From assembly GCA_016779165.1 (NCBI GenBank), contig JADHOE010000002.1, positions 1,402 through 65,401 of the forward strand: a stretch of DNA of 64,000 bases, written 5' to 3'. The stretch's first letter is position 1. Every line of letters begins with the position of its first letter. Shown one piece after another: positions 1 to 13,100 of this stretch. The stretch is from Candidatus Margulisiibacteriota bacterium. GTDB lineage: Bacteria; Margulisbacteria; Marinamargulisbacteria; UBA817. A model generated the notes under the pieces. That model saw nothing but the letters and a program-made list of their open reading frames with translations, was not told where the DNA came from and did not search any database. A program made the translations under genes and the position numbers.

Positions 1-127
1 CATCATATTTTGATTGAAAAAAGTTTTTTAAACCTATCTTATTTGTTTCTTTTGAAACTAAAAAAACATAACAATTATTTTCAGATAATTGTGATGTTTT
101 TTCAGTTAGCAATAATTGATTAATCAT
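1..127 (-). CDS. rplW: 50S ribosomal protein L23, N-terminal part (gene continues past window start)
   Basis: Not in the ORF track because the window edge cuts it. My translation of the minus strand from the ATG at 127 is MINQLLLTEKTSQLSENNCYVFLVSKETNKIGLKNFFQSKYD..., which fits the L23 N-terminal pattern (TEK, yvF.V, NK.eik). The ATG overlaps the rplD stop (ATGATTAA). The rplD-rplW order is as expected. Confidence 0.75.
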   Translation of the reverse strand, partial: MINQLLLTEKTSQLSENNCYVFLVSKETNKIGLKNFFQSKYD

Positions 128-743
128 CTAGCCTCTCCTTAGAATTAAAAATTTTAGAAAAGGTATTTGGAGTGTATATAATATTATCCACTCTTAACAC
201 ATCCTCTATGCATAAAGAATTTGCTGAATTAAAATATAGATTTGGTATATTTTTTACTTTTGTAAAAAAATGGATATCATTTGGATTTGTTGTGTCAATA
301 ATGCACAAATAAGAACATGATAAATTAAGTCTTGGAAGTATGTCCTTAACTTTTTTTATGCATTCTATATTCTGAAAAATTTCAGAACGATCTATATATA
401 AAGCTAGCAACTGTTGTAAAGTTGATGACATGAGTTTGGAGTTTGTCTTTCGCTTAACATTACGATATTTAGGGCCAAAAATAACAGCACCCCCAACCTT
501 AAGGGGAGATCTAGAAGTACCAGCTCTAGCTCTACCTGTCCCCTTTTGGCGAAAGGGCTTAGAACCACCAGATGTAAAATCAGACCTGCATTTTGTTGAA
601 GAAAAAACTTGACGGGTCTTTTTTTTATTTTGATATGCAAGATAAAGATTACCTGAAAAGTTTTTTTCAACCTGACATTCTGTGATATTTACGCTTTGTT
701 TGTCTCCACTAATTAAATCTAAAGATAATATTGTGTTACTCAT
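120..743 (-). CDS. rplD: 50S ribosomal protein L4
   Basis: 207 aa. Carries RQKGTGRARAGTSRSPLKVGGAVIFGPK, a typical L4 core. Sits between rplC and rplW. Confidence 0.95.
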   Translation of the reverse strand: MSNTILSLDLISGDKQSVNITECQVEKNFSGNLYLAYQNKKKTRQVFSSTKCRSDFTSGGSKPFRQKGTGRARAGTSRSPLKVGGAVIFGPKYRNVKRKTNSKLMSSTLQQLLALYIDRSEIFQNIECIKKVKDILPRLNLSCSYLCIIDTTNPNDIHFFTKVKNIPNLYFNSANSLCIEDVLRVDNIIYTPNTFSKIFNSKERLDD

Positions 744-747
744 ATTA

Positions 748-1359
748 CTAGCCTCCTAAGCATCCAAAGACTTTATTTGATTTTCCAGGGACAGCACCTT
801 TAAAAAACAAAAGTGAGCCATCGCGCTTAACAAGCTTCAAGTTTTTCAAAGTAACATATTCGTTACCATACCTTGTATGCATTTTTTTGCCCTTCATAAC
901 ACGCCCTGGAGTTGTTGCCTGACCAATGGAACCAAGAAGCCTATGATTTTTTGATCCATGAGTTTCAGGCCCTCTTTGATGATTCCAAGCTTTGATAGCG
1001 CCAGTAAATCCACGGCCGATAGTTTTTGATCTAATATGGAATGACTTGCCTAATTCAAAAGAATCTATATCAAGAGGCTGATCCAATACATATCCATCAA
1101 GATCATCGGTTCTAAATTCTTTAATATTCTTAAAAAATTTCTTGGAAAATTGACCAGCCTTGGGTTTACTAATATCAGACTTTTCACATTCATTATAGCC
1201 AACAACTAAAGATGAATAGCCGTCCTTCTCAATAGTCCTGAAGCCAACTACAGATGTATCATACACTTTAATTACTGTAACAGGTAAAACCACGCCAGTT
1301 TCGTCAATGATTTGCGTCATCCCAAGCTTTTGACCAATAAAATATTTATTACTACTCAC
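748..1359 (-). CDS. rplC: 50S ribosomal protein L3
   Basis: 203 aa. Carries GRGFTGAIKAWNHQRGPETHGSKNHRLLGSIGQATTPGRVMKGKKM, the L3 signature. Sits 4 nt upstream of rplD. Confidence 0.95.
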   Translation of the reverse strand: MSSNKYFIGQKLGMTQIIDETGVVLPVTVIKVYDTSVVGFRTIEKDGYSSLVVGYNECEKSDISKPKAGQFSKKFFKNIKEFRTDDLDGYVLDQPLDIDSFELGKSFHIRSKTIGRGFTGAIKAWNHQRGPETHGSKNHRLLGSIGQATTPGRVMKGKKMHTRYGNEYVTLKNLKLVKRDGSLLFFKGAVPGKSNKVFGCLGG

Positions 1360-1366
1360 AATTCAC

Positions 1367-1717
1367 CTACATTAACTTTATTTCAATATCAACACCTGCA
1401 GCTAAATCAATGGCCATAAGTGCATCAATCGCTGTAGATGGGGGCTCAACAATCTCAATTAAACGTTTATGAATTCTAATTTCATAATGCTCGCCACCCC
1501 TCTTATTTACATGGGGAGATTTAAGAACACACCATACTTTTTTCTTAACTGGCAAAGGTATGGGACCAAGTACTTTGGCCCCAGATTTTTCTGCAGTACT
1601 AACTATCTTTTGCGTTGCTACATCAAGTAATCTATGATCAAAAGATTTTAATCTAATTCTTATTTTTTGCTGTGGGCGAGATGTAGCCGATTTTTTTTTA
1701 ACTGTTTTAGTAGACAC
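1367..1717 (-). CDS. rpsJ: 30S ribosomal protein S10
   Basis: 116 aa with the core [16 protein letters not shown]...HKRLIEI. The start codon at 1715-1717 is GTG. This gives about 14 extra N-terminal residues relative to the usual S10 start, and there is no in-frame ATG alternative. Confidence 0.9.
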   Translation of the reverse strand: MSTKTVKKKSATSRPQQKIRIRLKSFDHRLLDVATQKIVSTAEKSGAKVLGPIPLPVKKKVWCVLKSPHVNKRGGEHYEIRIHKRLIEIVEPPSTAIDALMAIDLAAGVDIEIKLM

Positions 1718-1735
1718 TGATATTCTCTTGTTAAT

Positions 1736-2941
1736 CTACTCTATTATCTTAGTTACAACACCAGCGCCAACCGTACGACCACCCTCTCTAACAGCGAATC
1801 GCAATCCTTCCTCGCATGCTACAGGTGTAATCAAATGAACAGTTAATTTTGTATTGTCGCCAGGCATAATCATTTCGGTACCATCAGGCAAAATAACCTC
1901 ACCGGTAACGTCTGTAGTTCTAATATAAAACTGCGGACGATAACCTTTAAAAAATGGCGTATGACGTCCTCCCTCTTCCTTTTTAAGAACGTATACCTCT
2001 GCCTCGAACTTTTTGTGGGGAGTTATCGATCCAGGAGCACAAAGAACTTGCCCACGAAGAATATCCTCACGCTCAACACCTCTCAACAAAGCACCCACAT
2101 TATCTCCCGCCTCGCCACGATCTAAGAGTTTACGAAACATCTCTACACCAGTAACGGTTGTTTTCTTTGTCTCTTCCTCAGTCATCCCAACGATCTCAAC
2201 TTCATCACCAACGTTTATTACTCCACGCTCGATCCTTCCGGTACCAACTGTCCCTCGCCCTGTAATACTAAAAACGTCTTCAATTGGCATCAAGAACGGT
2301 TTATCCATATCTCTAACAGGCTCAGGAATATAGGAATCTACCGCATCCATTAGCTCCCAAATTGGTTTGGCCTCTGCACTTTCCCTTGAATGGTCAGCAG
2401 ACTCCAATGCTTTAAGGGCAGAACCTCTAACAAATGGTATGTCATCTCCAGGAAATTCATACTTGCTTAACAACTCTCTCATTTCCATCTCAACTAAATC
2501 TAGCAACTCTTCGTCGTCAACTTGGTCACACTTATTTAAGAAGACAACGATATTGGGAACGTTTACCTGACGTGCAAGTAGGATATGCTCTCTTGTTTGT
2601 GGCATTGGGCCATCAGCAGCACTAACAACCAAAATAGCGCCATCCATTTGAGCAGCACCCGTAATCATGTTTTTGATATAGTCTGCGTGACCAGGACAGT
2701 CTACGTGAGCATAGTGTCGTGAATCAGTTTGATACTCAACGTGAGCCGTTGCGATTGTAATGCCTCTCTCGCGCTCCTCAGGAGCAGAATCAATTTGACC
2801 ATAATCCCTTTTTTCAGCATTTCCAACAGAAGATAGCACAGTGGTTATTGCTGCTGTCAATGTTGTCTTACCATGGTCAACGTGTCCTATGGTTCCAATA
2901 TTAACGTGAGGTTTATTTCTCTCAAACTTTTCTTTTGCCAT
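1736..2941 (-). CDS. tuf: Elongation factor Tu
   Basis: 401 aa. Motifs [18 protein letters not shown] and NKCD are present. Starts [19 protein letters not shown]. Confidence 0.98.
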   Translation of the reverse strand: MAKEKFERNKPHVNIGTIGHVDHGKTTLTAAITTVLSSVGNAEKRDYGQIDSAPEERERGITIATAHVEYQTDSRHYAHVDCPGHADYIKNMITGAAQMDGAILVVSAADGPMPQTREHILLARQVNVPNIVVFLNKCDQVDDEELLDLVEMEMRELLSKYEFPGDDIPFVRGSALKALESADHSRESAEAKPIWELMDAVDSYIPEPVRDMDKPFLMPIEDVFSITGRGTVGTGRIERGVINVGDEVEIVGMTEEETKKTTVTGVEMFRKLLDRGEAGDNVGALLRGVEREDILRGQVLCAPGSITPHKKFEAEVYVLKKEEGGRHTPFFKGYRPQFYIRTTDVTGEVILPDGTEMIMPGDNTKLTVHLITPVACEEGLRFAVREGGRTVGAGVVTKIIE

Positions 2942-2943
2942 GA

Positions 2944-5031
2944 TTAACTCTCCTTATTTTTTGATGATTTTTCAACCAACTCATTATATAATTGCTTAGG
3001 CACTACATCATAACCAAAAAACTGCATGGTGTAAATACCTCTTCCCTGCGTAAACGAACGAAGCGATGTTGCATAACCAAACATATCTCCAAGGGGAACT
3101 TTAGCTATAATTTGTTTATTGCCTTGGGAATTATCATCCATGCTTTCAATTTTTCCTTTACGAGAATTTAGGTCACCAATAACATCACCCATATAATTCT
3201 CAGGAACCTCAACTTCCACATCCATGATGGGTTGCAAGATAATTGGGCTTGCATTCTTGAATGCATCTTTAACCGCATATGATGCGGCCACCTGAAACGC
3301 TACATCAGAAGAATCCACATTATGAAAAGAACCATCTTTAAGAACGACTTTAATATCAACGACTGGGTATCCGGAAATAACCCCGCTTTCAAATAAGTTC
3401 TTAACACCCTTTTCAACGGATGGAATGTATTCTCTTGGGATAGCGCCACCAACTATTTTATTTTCAAATACAAATCCCTCACCTCTTTCAAGTGGGAGAA
3501 TATCTAAAATAACGTGACCATATTGTCCCCTACCACCAGTCTGTTTAATGAATTTCCCCTCTCCCTCAGCAGTAGAAGATATCGATTCTTTATAAGCGAC
3601 CTGAGGCTGGCCAATGTTGGCGTCGACATTAAACTCACGTAATAAACGATCAACAATAACCTCCAAATGCAATTCCCCCATCCCAGAGATAATGGTTTGA
3701 CTCGTTTCCTGATCGGTAGAGTAAGAAAACGTGGGATCTTCATCTGAAAGCTTCTCAAGTGATTTGGATAATTTCTCTTGATCTGATTTTGTTTTGGGTT
3801 CAATAGCAACAAATATTACAGGTTCAGGAAACTCAATATTCTCTAAAAGAAAGTCTTCACCCTCGGAGCAAAGGGTATCTCCGGTACGAGTATTTTTCAA
3901 ACCAATGACAGCAACAATATCTCCAGCCTCGCCACCGGACAATTCTTCACGCGTGTTTGCGTGCATTTGCATAATACGCCCAACTCGTTCCTTTGTTTCG
4001 GATGATGAATTAAAAACATAAGACCCTGCATTAAGCTCTCCAGAGTAAATTCTTAAATACGTTAACTTCCCAACAAATGGGTCTGTCATAATCTTGAATG
4101 CTAGAGCTGAAAACTTTTCTTTAGCCTCTGGCTTTAACAACCTCGTATTATCAGTACCTTTTACGGATGCTGAAATCTCACCAACATCCACAGGTGATGG
4201 TAATAAATCTCTTACCGCATCAAGAAGTGGTTGAACCCCCTTATTTTTAAAAGCAGAACCACAAAACACAGGAATAACTTCACCGGCTAGAGTGCGCTGC
4301 CTAAGTCCAGAAATGATTTGTTCAGATGAAAGAGTGCCATTTTCTAAATAATCATTCAAAAGATCTTCAGAAGCTTCAGCAACAAACTCGATCAAAGCTG
4401 CTCTAAGCTCGGTAACTTTATCGACTAAATTGTCTGGGATATCACCAGGCTTAACATCTTCACCCTTATCACCGCCAAAATAAAACGCTTCATTTAATAC
4501 TAAATCTACATACCCGACGAAATCACTTTCGGCGCCAATGGGATAATTAACAATGACTGGATTTGCAGATAAATTTGTTCTAATCATATTTACAACATTG
4601 TCATAATTTGCTCCTGTACGGTCCATCTTATTAACAAAGGCAATTCTAGGAACTTTATACTTTACAGCTTGGCGCCAAACCGTTTCAGACTGGGGCTGAA
4701 CACCAGCTACTGCACAAAATACAGCAATCATACCATCCAGTACGCGAAGTGAGCGCTCAACTTCAACAGTAAAGTCAACGTGACCCGGTGTATCAATAAT
4801 GTTTATAGAAATATCTCTCCAAAAGCACGTTGTTGCGGCTGAGGTAATGGTAATTCCACGCTCTTGTTCCTGAGCCATCCAATCCATAGTGGCATTGCCA
4901 TCATGAACCTCACCAATTTTATGTGAACGACCAGTATAAAAAAGAATTCGTTCGGTTAAGGTTGTTTTCCCCGCATCAATATGTGCGGCTATACCTATGT
5001 TTCGTAATTTATTTAAATCTTTTTTTGACAT
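2944..5031 (-). CDS. fusA: Elongation factor G
   Basis: Motifs [23 protein letters not shown] and NKMDR are present. The ORF track extends to 5040 (GTG, MVIM...). I prefer the ATG at 5031 (MSKKDLNK...), which lies 2 nt after the rpsG stop with AGGTGG 5 nt upstream. Confidence 0.95.
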   Translation of the reverse strand: MSKKDLNKLRNIGIAAHIDAGKTTLTERILFYTGRSHKIGEVHDGNATMDWMAQEQERGITITSAATTCFWRDISINIIDTPGHVDFTVEVERSLRVLDGMIAVFCAVAGVQPQSETVWRQAVKYKVPRIAFVNKMDRTGANYDNVVNMIRTNLSANPVIVNYPIGAESDFVGYVDLVLNEAFYFGGDKGEDVKPGDIPDNLVDKVTELRAALIEFVAEASEDLLNDYLENGTLSSEQIISGLRQRTLAGEVIPVFCGSAFKNKGVQPLLDAVRDLLPSPVDVGEISASVKGTDNTRLLKPEAKEKFSALAFKIMTDPFVGKLTYLRIYSGELNAGSYVFNSSSETKERVGRIMQMHANTREELSGGEAGDIVAVIGLKNTRTGDTLCSEGEDFLLENIEFPEPVIFVAIEPKTKSDQEKLSKSLEKLSDEDPTFSYSTDQETSQTIISGMGELHLEVIVDRLLREFNVDANIGQPQVAYKESISSTAEGEGKFIKQTGGRGQYGHVILDILPLERGEGFVFENKIVGGAIPREYIPSVEKGVKNLFESGVISGYPVVDIKVVLKDGSFHNVDSSDVAFQVAASYAVKDAFKNASPIILQPIMDVEVEVPENYMGDVIGDLNSRKGKIESMDDNSQGNKQIIAKVPLGDMFGYATSLRSFTQGRGIYTMQFFGYDVVPKQLYNELVEKSSKNKES

Positions 5032-5033
5032 TA

Positions 5034-5501
5034 TTACCACCTAAAATGAGCAAACGCTTTATTTGACTCAGCCATTTTGTGAGTATCATCACGTTTTTTA
5101 GCCGAAGACCCTACATTATTATAAGCATCCGTTAACTCCTGAGATAGGTTCATCACCATTGAGCGCCCCTTTCTGGATCTTGAAAATTTAATGATCCAAT
5201 CCATCGCTAGTCCAGTTCCCCTTAATTCATCAACCTCAATTGGAACTTGATACGTGGACCCACCAACTCGACGAGATTTGACCTCCATTTTTGGAGCAAC
5301 ATTTTCTATCGCTGAGTTAAACGCTGACAGTGGTTCTTCTGAAACATTTTTTGCCAATTCATCTAAACTATCATAAACAATTTTTTCAGCGATTGTTTTT
5401 TTTCCATCGAGCATTACCTTATTAATAAACTTAGATAATACCTTACTGGAATATTTATAATCTGGTTTTAAAAAACGCTTGGTATCTTTTTTTCTTGACA
5501 C
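5034..5501 (-). CDS. rpsG: 30S ribosomal protein S7
   Basis: 155 aa. Carries [16 protein letters not shown] and a C-terminal ...NKAFAHFRW. Position in the str operon is as expected. Confidence 0.95.
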   Translation of the reverse strand: MSRKKDTKRFLKPDYKYSSKVLSKFINKVMLDGKKTIAEKIVYDSLDELAKNVSEEPLSAFNSAIENVAPKMEVKSRRVGGSTYQVPIEVDELRGTGLAMDWIIKFSRSRKGRSMVMNLSQELTDAYNNVGSSAKKRDDTHKMAESNKAFAHFRW

Positions 5502-5512
5502 TAATTAACTCC

Positions 5513-5887
5513 TTATTTTTTTGGGCGTTTTGTTCCGTATTTGGAGCGCCCCTGCATACGTCCTTCAACACCATCTGCATCATATGAACCACGGACTGCA
5601 TGATATCGCACACCAGGAACATCCTTAACACGGCCCCCACGAGCTAAAATAACAGAGTGCTCTTGAACATTATGGCTTTCTCCACCAATATACACTGTAA
5701 CTTCGTAACCAGATGTAAGTCGAACTCGAGCAACTTTTCTTAGAGCTGAGTTTGGTTTTTTTGGCGTTGTTGTATACACACGTACACAAACACCACGTCG
5801 TTGAGGACACCTATTAAGTGCCGGAGATTTACCTTTAATCCCCTTCTTTTTTCTTGGTTTTCTTATCAATTGGTTTGTTGTTGCCAT
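5513..5887 (-). CDS. rpsL: 30S ribosomal protein S12
   Basis: 124 aa. Carries [45 protein letters not shown] lies 8 nt upstream of the ATG. Confidence 0.97.
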   Translation of the reverse strand: MATTNQLIRKPRKKKGIKGKSPALNRCPQRRGVCVRVYTTTPKKPNSALRKVARVRLTSGYEVTVYIGGESHNVQEHSVILARGGRVKDVPGVRYHAVRGSYDADGVEGRMQGRSKYGTKRPKK

Positions 5888-5918
5888 TTAGCAGCTCTCC
5901 TTATATACAGTGTGATAA

Positions 5919-5947
5919 AGTTTAAATTTCATCCTGAAATATGTCAA
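5919..5947 (-). promoter_or_regulatory. Candidate sigma70-type promoter for rpsL-rpsG-fusA-tuf in the rpoC-rpsL spacer
   Basis: The minus strand reads TTGACA (5947-5942), a 17-nt spacer, then TAAACT (5924-5919). The -10 element ends about 30 nt upstream of the rpsL ATG. Sequence match only. Confidence 0.45.
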
Positions 5948-5954
5948 TGAGTTT

Positions 5955-8900
5955 TTACTCAAATTCATCCTTCATGAATACCATATCTTCTTGGGAAATC
6001 CTTGTTTCTTCCCCAGTGTCAGTTCTTAACACAACTTTTTTATACTTAAGTAAACCTGTTCCTGCAGGAATAAGTTTTCCTATAATTACATTTTCCTTTA
6101 ACCCATACATTGTGTCAGACTTTCCACGAATAGCCGCATCTGTTAATACTCGTGCAGTTTCCTGAAAAGACGATGCAGAAATAAAGCTTTCAGTATTTAA
6201 TGATGCACGTGTTATTCCTAATAATACGCCATCATAAATAACTTCAGCTTTGCCTTTTGATTGTAATTCAGAGTTAAGTGAAATAACTATTCTTAAATCT
6301 GCCAACTCGTTGGGCAACAAGGAAGAGTCACCTCCATCTTGAACCATTACCTTACGTGTCATTTGTCTTACAATAACTTCAAGATGCTTAAGGTTGATAA
6401 ATACACCCTGTGAAAAGTAAACCTTCTGAATTTCATTGATAAGGTATAACTGAGTATCTACAACGCCTTTTGTAAGCAAGAGATCTTGAGGGGATATAAT
6501 ACCATCGGTTAACTGTTGACCTTTTGATACAGATTGACCCGAAAATACCAAGAATCTGGTTTTAATTGGCAACTTATATTCTTTTTTCTCTCCAGAATCA
6601 GATAAAATTGAGAGCATGTATAGATTATTGTATCGATTGAACTCAACTACCCCATCAAAATCACTTAAGACTGCCGAATTCTTTGGCTTTCGTGCTTCAA
6701 ATAATTCCTCTACTCTTGGTAAACCCTGAACAATATCCTTGGTTTTTGAGGCTTCAAGATCACTAACGTATTCCTTGAATAACACATCATTCTCAACGAC
6801 TTTGTCGCCATCCTTAACAAATAAATCGGATCGAGTGGATGTCACATAGGCATAGCAATCACAGTATGTAAGAATCGACTTTGACTTTGTTTTTTCTTCA
6901 TATTTAATGAAAATAGCCGGAGATTTTAATTGAACATTGGTCCCTAAATCTGTAGAGATTCCTAATTTTTCAAGCGCTTTAAAATCCTTAATCTTATCTG
7001 TGCTTACCTCAATTGTTTTTTCATCAGCCTTATTGTAAACCGCAACTTCCACCTCATCTTCATGGTTGAAAATGCGAACTACGCCAGATACGCTTGTTGA
7101 TGCATACCTTGAGGATCCATCATAAAGGGCAAGTATTTGGTCTCTCTTTACTTTTTGGCGATCTTTAACCTGAAGAATTGAGCCGCTTGGGAAAATAACC
7201 ACCTCGTCCATTTTAGCGGTACGAATGGTAAAGGTTGCGTCTTCTAAAAGAAGAAGCTCTTTCTTTTTACCTACCGTAAACATGGTTGTCTTAAGGGTTT
7301 TAGGAAAAATAAATTCACCATCAAATGCTGACGAAATATTCTTTACAGATGCTTTTCTTAAGTCAACACCACCGGTGTGAAACGTTCTCATTGTTAACTG
7401 AGTTCCAGGTTCTCCGATTGATTGTGCAGCGATAATACCAATGGCCTCGCCTAAATTAACCAGCTTAGCAGTTGATAAATCAAGGCCATAACATTTTCGG
7501 CATACACCTCGGTCAGCGTGACATGTAAAAATATTCCTTATTTTGAATGATTCTTTTCGAGACTCTTTGATTGCCTCAGCAACGTATTTCGTTATCACGT
7601 CACCTGGTTTTATTGAAATATCTCCGTGTGAAAAGCTCTCACCTGATACACGACCTTCAACTAACTCATCTACAGAAATCAATGTCTTAGTTCCATCCAT
7701 TAAAGGTGTTATTGTAACCAGCTCTTTGGTGCCACAATCTTCCTCAGTTATGATAACGTCTTGAGCAACATCAACCAAACGTCGCGTAAGATAACCAGAA
7801 TCAGCTGTACGCAATGCCGTGTCTACCAAACCTTTTCGAGCGCCATAACACGAGATAAAGTATTCAGCCAAAGATAAACCCTCTTTAAAGTTTGATTTAA
7901 TTGGAACTTTAATTGTTCGTCCCTGTGCATCAGACATCAAACCACGCATACCCGCCAACTGACGAACCTGATCAATATTTCCACGCGCACCTGAGTTTGC
8001 CATAATAAATACGTTATTTAGCTCACCAAATTCATCTTCCATTTTATCTGAAATGTCCCCGGATGCTCGACGCCATATCTCATTACTTCTTAGCTGAAAT
8101 TCTTCATGTGAAATTTTATTCTCAGATAACCGCTTATTCAAGGTTGACACATCAGATTCGGCATTTTCAAGAATCTCTTTCTTTTGCCCAGGTACTCGAA
8201 GGTCATCAATAGAAATTGATATACCTGATAATGTTGCGTACTTGAACCCAAGATCTTTAAGACGGTCAGCCAAGGAAGTTACGATATCATTTCCGTATTT
8301 AATGTACCAATCATAAATCAAATCACTTAATTGTTTTTTTCCAAGTACTTGATTAATAAATGGCTCGTCTTGAATATTGAATGAATTTAAAATATCTTGC
8401 ACGGTGCGGTTGAAAATGATTCGCCCCATGGTTGTTTTAATTTTTTGACCTTGAAAGCCAACCATAATATAGCTGTGAATATTAATAATATTGGATTCCC
8501 ATGCAATCCAAGCATCGTTCATATCTTTAAAGTATTTTAATTTTTTATCTTCATAAGATTTATTATCAACAGTTAGAAAGTAGCATCCAAGAATCATATC
8601 TTGGGTTGGGGTTATGATTGATCGACCATTAGAAGGAGACAGTATGTTATTCACAGACAATATCAATAGCCGACATTCGGCTTGGGCTTCAATGGATAAT
8701 GGGACGTGCACCGCCATTTGGTCACCATCAAAGTCTGCGTTAAAGGCCGTACATACCAATGGATGGACTTGTATAGCTGCACCCTCTACCAACTTTGGCT
8801 CAAAGGCTTGAATCCCGAGGCGATGCAGGGTTGGTGCACGATTCAACAAAACCGATTGGCCCTTTATTACCTTTTCAAGAACGTCCCATATAAAAAGTTC

Positions 8901-10094
8901 GCGCCCTTCTATTTTACGCTTTGCTGCCTTTACATTAGATACCAAACCCTGATTAACAAGCTCATTAATAATAAAAGGCTTAAATAACTCAAGGGCCATT
9001 TCCTTAGGAATACCACATTGATGAAACTTTAATTTGGGACCTACAACAATAACGGATCTACCAGAATAATCGACTCGTTTCCCAAGTAAATTTTGACGAA
9101 AACGACCTTGTTTTCCCTCGATAATATTACCAAGAGACTTTAAAGGACGACCATTTGAACCTGTAACAGCTCTGCCACGCTTTCCATTTGATATCAGCGC
9201 ATCAACAGCCTCTTGTAGCATACGCTTTTCATTTCGAACAATCATATCTGGCGCACCAATATCAAGCAGGCGCTTTAATCGATTGTTACGATTAACCACA
9301 CGTCGATAAAGGTCATTTAAATCAGACGTTGCGAATCGACCACCCTCGAGTTGAACCATTGGGCGAAGATCTGGCGGCATAATGGGAATAACATCCAGAA
9401 TCATCCACTCTGGTGAATTACCCGATGAATGAAGTGATTCCAAAATTCCAAGACGCTTAGTTGCCTTTGCCTTCTTTTGACCAGATAAATTAGCAAAGCT
9501 TTCTCGAAGTTCAGATATGATTGATTCAATATCCATTTGAAGCAAAATTTCTTTGATTGCCTCTGCGCCCATTTTGGCTTTAAATTTATCGCCATGCTCC
9601 TCTTTAAGTTCGTAATACAGTTCGGTCGATAAAATTTTACAAAATGGAACAATATCCTCAATTGATTTATCAACATGTGTGACTATGTATGAATCATAAT
9701 ATATAACTTCTTCCAATTGACGCGTGGTCATGTCCATTAATATGCCCATAAATCCAGGGATACCTTTAAGAAACCAAATGTGAGATACAGGGCAAGCCAA
9801 TTCAATATGACCCATTCGTTCACGTCTAACTTTGGAGTGAGTTACTTGAACCCCACATCGTTCACAAACAATACCACGGTAACGAATGCGTCGGTATTTT
9901 CCACAAGAGCACTCCCAATCCTTAACTGGGCCAAATATTTTTTCGCAAAAAAGACCCTTTCTTTCCGGTTTAAAGGTTCGATAATTGATTGTTTCAGGCT
10001 TTTCGACTTCACCATAAGACCAGTATCTAATTTTATCTGGAGATGCAAGACCAATTTCTAAATAATCAAAATCTGTTGAATCTGTAACTAACAT
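5955..10094 (-). CDS. rpoC: DNA-directed RNA polymerase subunit beta' (unsplit)
   Basis: 1379 aa. Catalytic [12 protein letters not shown] is present, with an N-terminal zinc-ribbon CSCGKY...CERCGV. Confidence 0.98.
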   Translation of the reverse strand: MLVTDSTDFDYLEIGLASPDKIRYWSYGEVEKPETINYRTFKPERKGLFCEKIFGPVKDWECSCGKYRRIRYRGIVCERCGVQVTHSKVRRERMGHIELACPVSHIWFLKGIPGFMGILMDMTTRQLEEVIYYDSYIVTHVDKSIEDIVPFCKILSTELYYELKEEHGDKFKAKMGAEAIKEILLQMDIESIISELRESFANLSGQKKAKATKRLGILESLHSSGNSPEWMILDVIPIMPPDLRPMVQLEGGRFATSDLNDLYRRVVNRNNRLKRLLDIGAPDMIVRNEKRMLQEAVDALISNGKRGRAVTGSNGRPLKSLGNIIEGKQGRFRQNLLGKRVDYSGRSVIVVGPKLKFHQCGIPKEMALELFKPFIINELVNQGLVSNVKAAKRKIEGRELFIWDVLEKVIKGQSVLLNRAPTLHRLGIQAFEPKLVEGAAIQVHPLVCTAFNADFDGDQMAVHVPLSIEAQAECRLLILSVNNILSPSNGRSIITPTQDMILGCYFLTVDNKSYEDKKLKYFKDMNDAWIAWESNIINIHSYIMVGFQGQKIKTTMGRIIFNRTVQDILNSFNIQDEPFINQVLGKKQLSDLIYDWYIKYGNDIVTSLADRLKDLGFKYATLSGISISIDDLRVPGQKKEILENAESDVSTLNKRLSENKISHEEFQLRSNEIWRRASGDISDKMEDEFGELNNVFIMANSGARGNIDQVRQLAGMRGLMSDAQGRTIKVPIKSNFKEGLSLAEYFISCYGARKGLVDTALRTADSGYLTRRLVDVAQDVIITEEDCGTKELVTITPLMDGTKTLISVDELVEGRVSGESFSHGDISIKPGDVITKYVAEAIKESRKESFKIRNIFTCHADRGVCRKCYGLDLSTAKLVNLGEAIGIIAAQSIGEPGTQLTMRTFHTGGVDLRKASVKNISSAFDGEFIFPKTLKTTMFTVGKKKELLLLEDATFTIRTAKMDEVVIFPSGSILQVKDRQKVKRDQILALYDGSSRYASTSVSGVVRIFNHEDEVEVAVYNKADEKTIEVSTDKIKDFKALEKLGISTDLGTNVQLKSPAIFIKYEEKTKSKSILTYCDCYAYVTSTRSDLFVKDGDKVVENDVLFKEYVSDLEASKTKDIVQGLPRVEELFEARKPKNSAVLSDFDGVVEFNRYNNLYMLSILSDSGEKKEYKLPIKTRFLVFSGQSVSKGQQLTDGIISPQDLLLTKGVVDTQLYLINEIQKVYFSQGVFINLKHLEVIVRQMTRKVMVQDGGDSSLLPNELADLRIVISLNSELQSKGKAEVIYDGVLLGITRASLNTESFISASSFQETARVLTDAAIRGKSDTMYGLKENVIIGKLIPAGTGLLKYKKVVLRTDTGEETRISQEDMVFMKDEFE

Positions 10095-10104
10095 TTATTT
10101 CTCC

Positions 10105-13100
10105 TTAACGATTGTCGATTTCTTCATCATCAACGGTCTTAACGCGTATATCAAGTGCAATGGAACGCAACTCTCTAAGCAATACCCGGAATGATTCAGG
10201 GGTACCTGGCTTTGTTAAGCCTTTCCCTTTAATAATTGATTCGTAGGCCCTTGCTCGTCCACTTAAATCATCTGATTTTACAGTTAACATCTCTTGAAGT
10301 GTATTTGCAGCACCATAAGCTTCTAGTGCCCAAACCTCCATCTCACCAAAACGTTGGCCGCCATATTGAGCTTTACCTCCCAACGGCTGCTGGGTAACAA
10401 GTGAATACGGGCCGGTAGACCTAGCATGAATTTTGTCGTCAACCAAATGGATTAACTTAAGCACATACATGTAACCAACAGTTACTTCTCGTTCAAAAGG
10501 TTCTCCGGTACGCCCATCTCTTAGCATAACTGTACCAGTAGGTTTAATCCATTCATATCCGGAATGTTTGGATGCAGTTGTAAGCCGCTCCTCTAATTTA
10601 TCAACAGATGCGTTTGGAGCAATAACCTCATCGAATGATTGGGCCATGTAATTTTCTCCAATAACGTGAGAGGCCATTCCCAATAATGTTTCAAACAGCT
10701 GACCAACATTCATACGTGAGGGAACACCCAATGGGTTTAAAATAATATCCAACGACTGGCCATTCGGTAAAAATGGCATATCTTCTTCTGGAAGAATAGT
10801 GGACACAACACCTTTATTGCCGTGTCGCCCAGCAACTTTGTCTCCAATGGATATTTTCCTAAGCTGCGCAACATAAACACGCACCAACATATTAACGCCA
10901 GGTGATAAGTCATCACCATTGTCTCTTGAAAAAACACGAACGCCAATAACCTTACCGGATTCGCCCGAAGATACACGCAGTGATGTATCCTTCATATCCC
11001 GAGCTTTATCGCCAAAAATAGCGCGCAATAGCTTCTCTTCTGCAGGGGGCTCACTTTCGCCCTTTGGAGTTACTTTACCAACCAATATATCACCAGCACT
11101 TACCATTGCGCCAATGCGAATAACCCCATCTGAGTCTAGGTTAGCCAATGATTCTTCTGCAACATTTGGAATTTCTGATGTTAATTCTTCAGGGCCTAAT
11201 TTTGTTGTACGCACATCAATTTCGTAACGATGAATATGAACTGATGTAAATATATCATTCTTGACCAAGCGTTTTGAAATAACAATTGCGTCCTCAAAGT
11301 TATATCCTTCCCAAGGCATAAACCCGACAAGAATATTTCGACCAAGAGAGAGCTCGCCTTTTGTTGTAGATGAACCATCCGCAATCACATCCCCCTGCTT
11401 TAATTTCATTCCCTTATAAACCAACGGTTTTTGGTTACGACAAGTATTTTGGTTTGTCCTTTGGTATTTCTGAAGGGCATACGTAACCTCTTTAGATCCT
11501 TGCTTAACAACTACTTGAGATGCGTCAGAATCAATAACTTCACCACTTTCCTTAGCTGTAATCATAACCTCAGTATCACGAGCAACAACAGATTCTAAAC
11601 CTGTACCGATATAAGGTGCCTCAGGGTTAAGAATTGGAACCGCTTGACGTTGCATGTTAGCTCCCATTAGAGCACGGTTGGCATCATCATGTTCAAGAAA
11701 AGGAATTAAACCGCAAGCAACCCCAAGAAGCTGCCTTGGTGAAACACCAATATACTCAACCTTATCTAGTGGCGCAAAACTAAAATCACGTTGGTACCGG
11801 GTAACAATTTCAGACCCCTGCAGTACCCCCTTCTTAACTGGGGAGTCCCAAGGTGCAATATAAAACTTTTCTTCTACATCAGCAGCAAGGTAATCCACCT
11901 CATTTGTAATTTTTCCTTTTTTAACACGGTAATACGGGGTCTCAATAAAGCCAAATTTATTAACCCGAGCAAATGTAGCCATCGGACCGATAAGACCTGC
12001 GTTTGGACCCTCAGGTGTTTCGATTGGACAAATTCTTCCATAATGCGTTGGGTGAATATCTCGAACCTCGTATCCTGCCCTTTCCTTTGTAAGTCCACCA
12101 GGACCTAAAGCACTTAACCGTCGCTTATGAATAACTTCAGCCAAGGGATTGGTTTGATCAAGAAATTGAGAAAGTTGTGAACTTCCAAAAAATTCCCTCA
12201 TGACTGCAACAAGCGGCCGAATATTAATTAAATGCTGAGGTGTTACCCCCTCGCTACCTTTTAAGGCCATCTGCTCCTTAATTAAACGTTCAAGCCGGAC
12301 CAACCCAATTCTAAATTGGCGCTGCAACTGTTCTCCGACTGTTCTTACTCGACGATTACCCAAGTGATCGATATCGTCGGTTAGCCCCTTTTTATGAACC
12401 AAATCACAAATAAACTGAATGGTTTGTAAGATATCATTTGGTACAAGAGCCGTTGTTTCAACGGGTTCACTGTTAAAATAAAATCGTTGATTAATTTTGT
12501 ATCGACCAACATCCGACAAATCATATTTCTCTTCACTAAAAAACATGGTATCCATTAGCGCTTTTGCACCCTGCAAAGTAACAGGATCACCTGATCTAAG
12601 ACCTTTGTAAATTTCAATCAGAGCATCGTCCTCATTAACAAACGGAAACTTTGTCAGCGTTGGTTCAAATAATTCGGGCTCTTTAATTGCCTCAAAAAAG
12701 CTTTTTTCTGTATAGCCCAAAGCAGATAAAAATAAAGTTAAAGGAACTTTCTTTATTTTATTTAAATGAGCATAAAAAAGCTGCTTTGAATCAACTTCTA
12801 TTTCAAGCCAAGCTCCTTTTGATGGAATAATTGAACCTATGTAATCTTGAAAACCAGGTATGTTTGGTGTTTTTTCTCTAAAATAAACACCTGGAGAACG
12901 AATAAACTGACTAACAATAACGCGTTCAGTACCATTTACCAAAAAAGTACCGCTGTTGGTCATTAATGGAATGTCACTCATAAAAACATCCTGCTCCTGA
13001 ACCTCACCAGTCTCTACAGACACCAAGCGAACAGGAACTTTAAGGGGAGAGGCATATGTCAATTCACGCTTACGCATCTCTTCATAGTCCATCTCAGGTT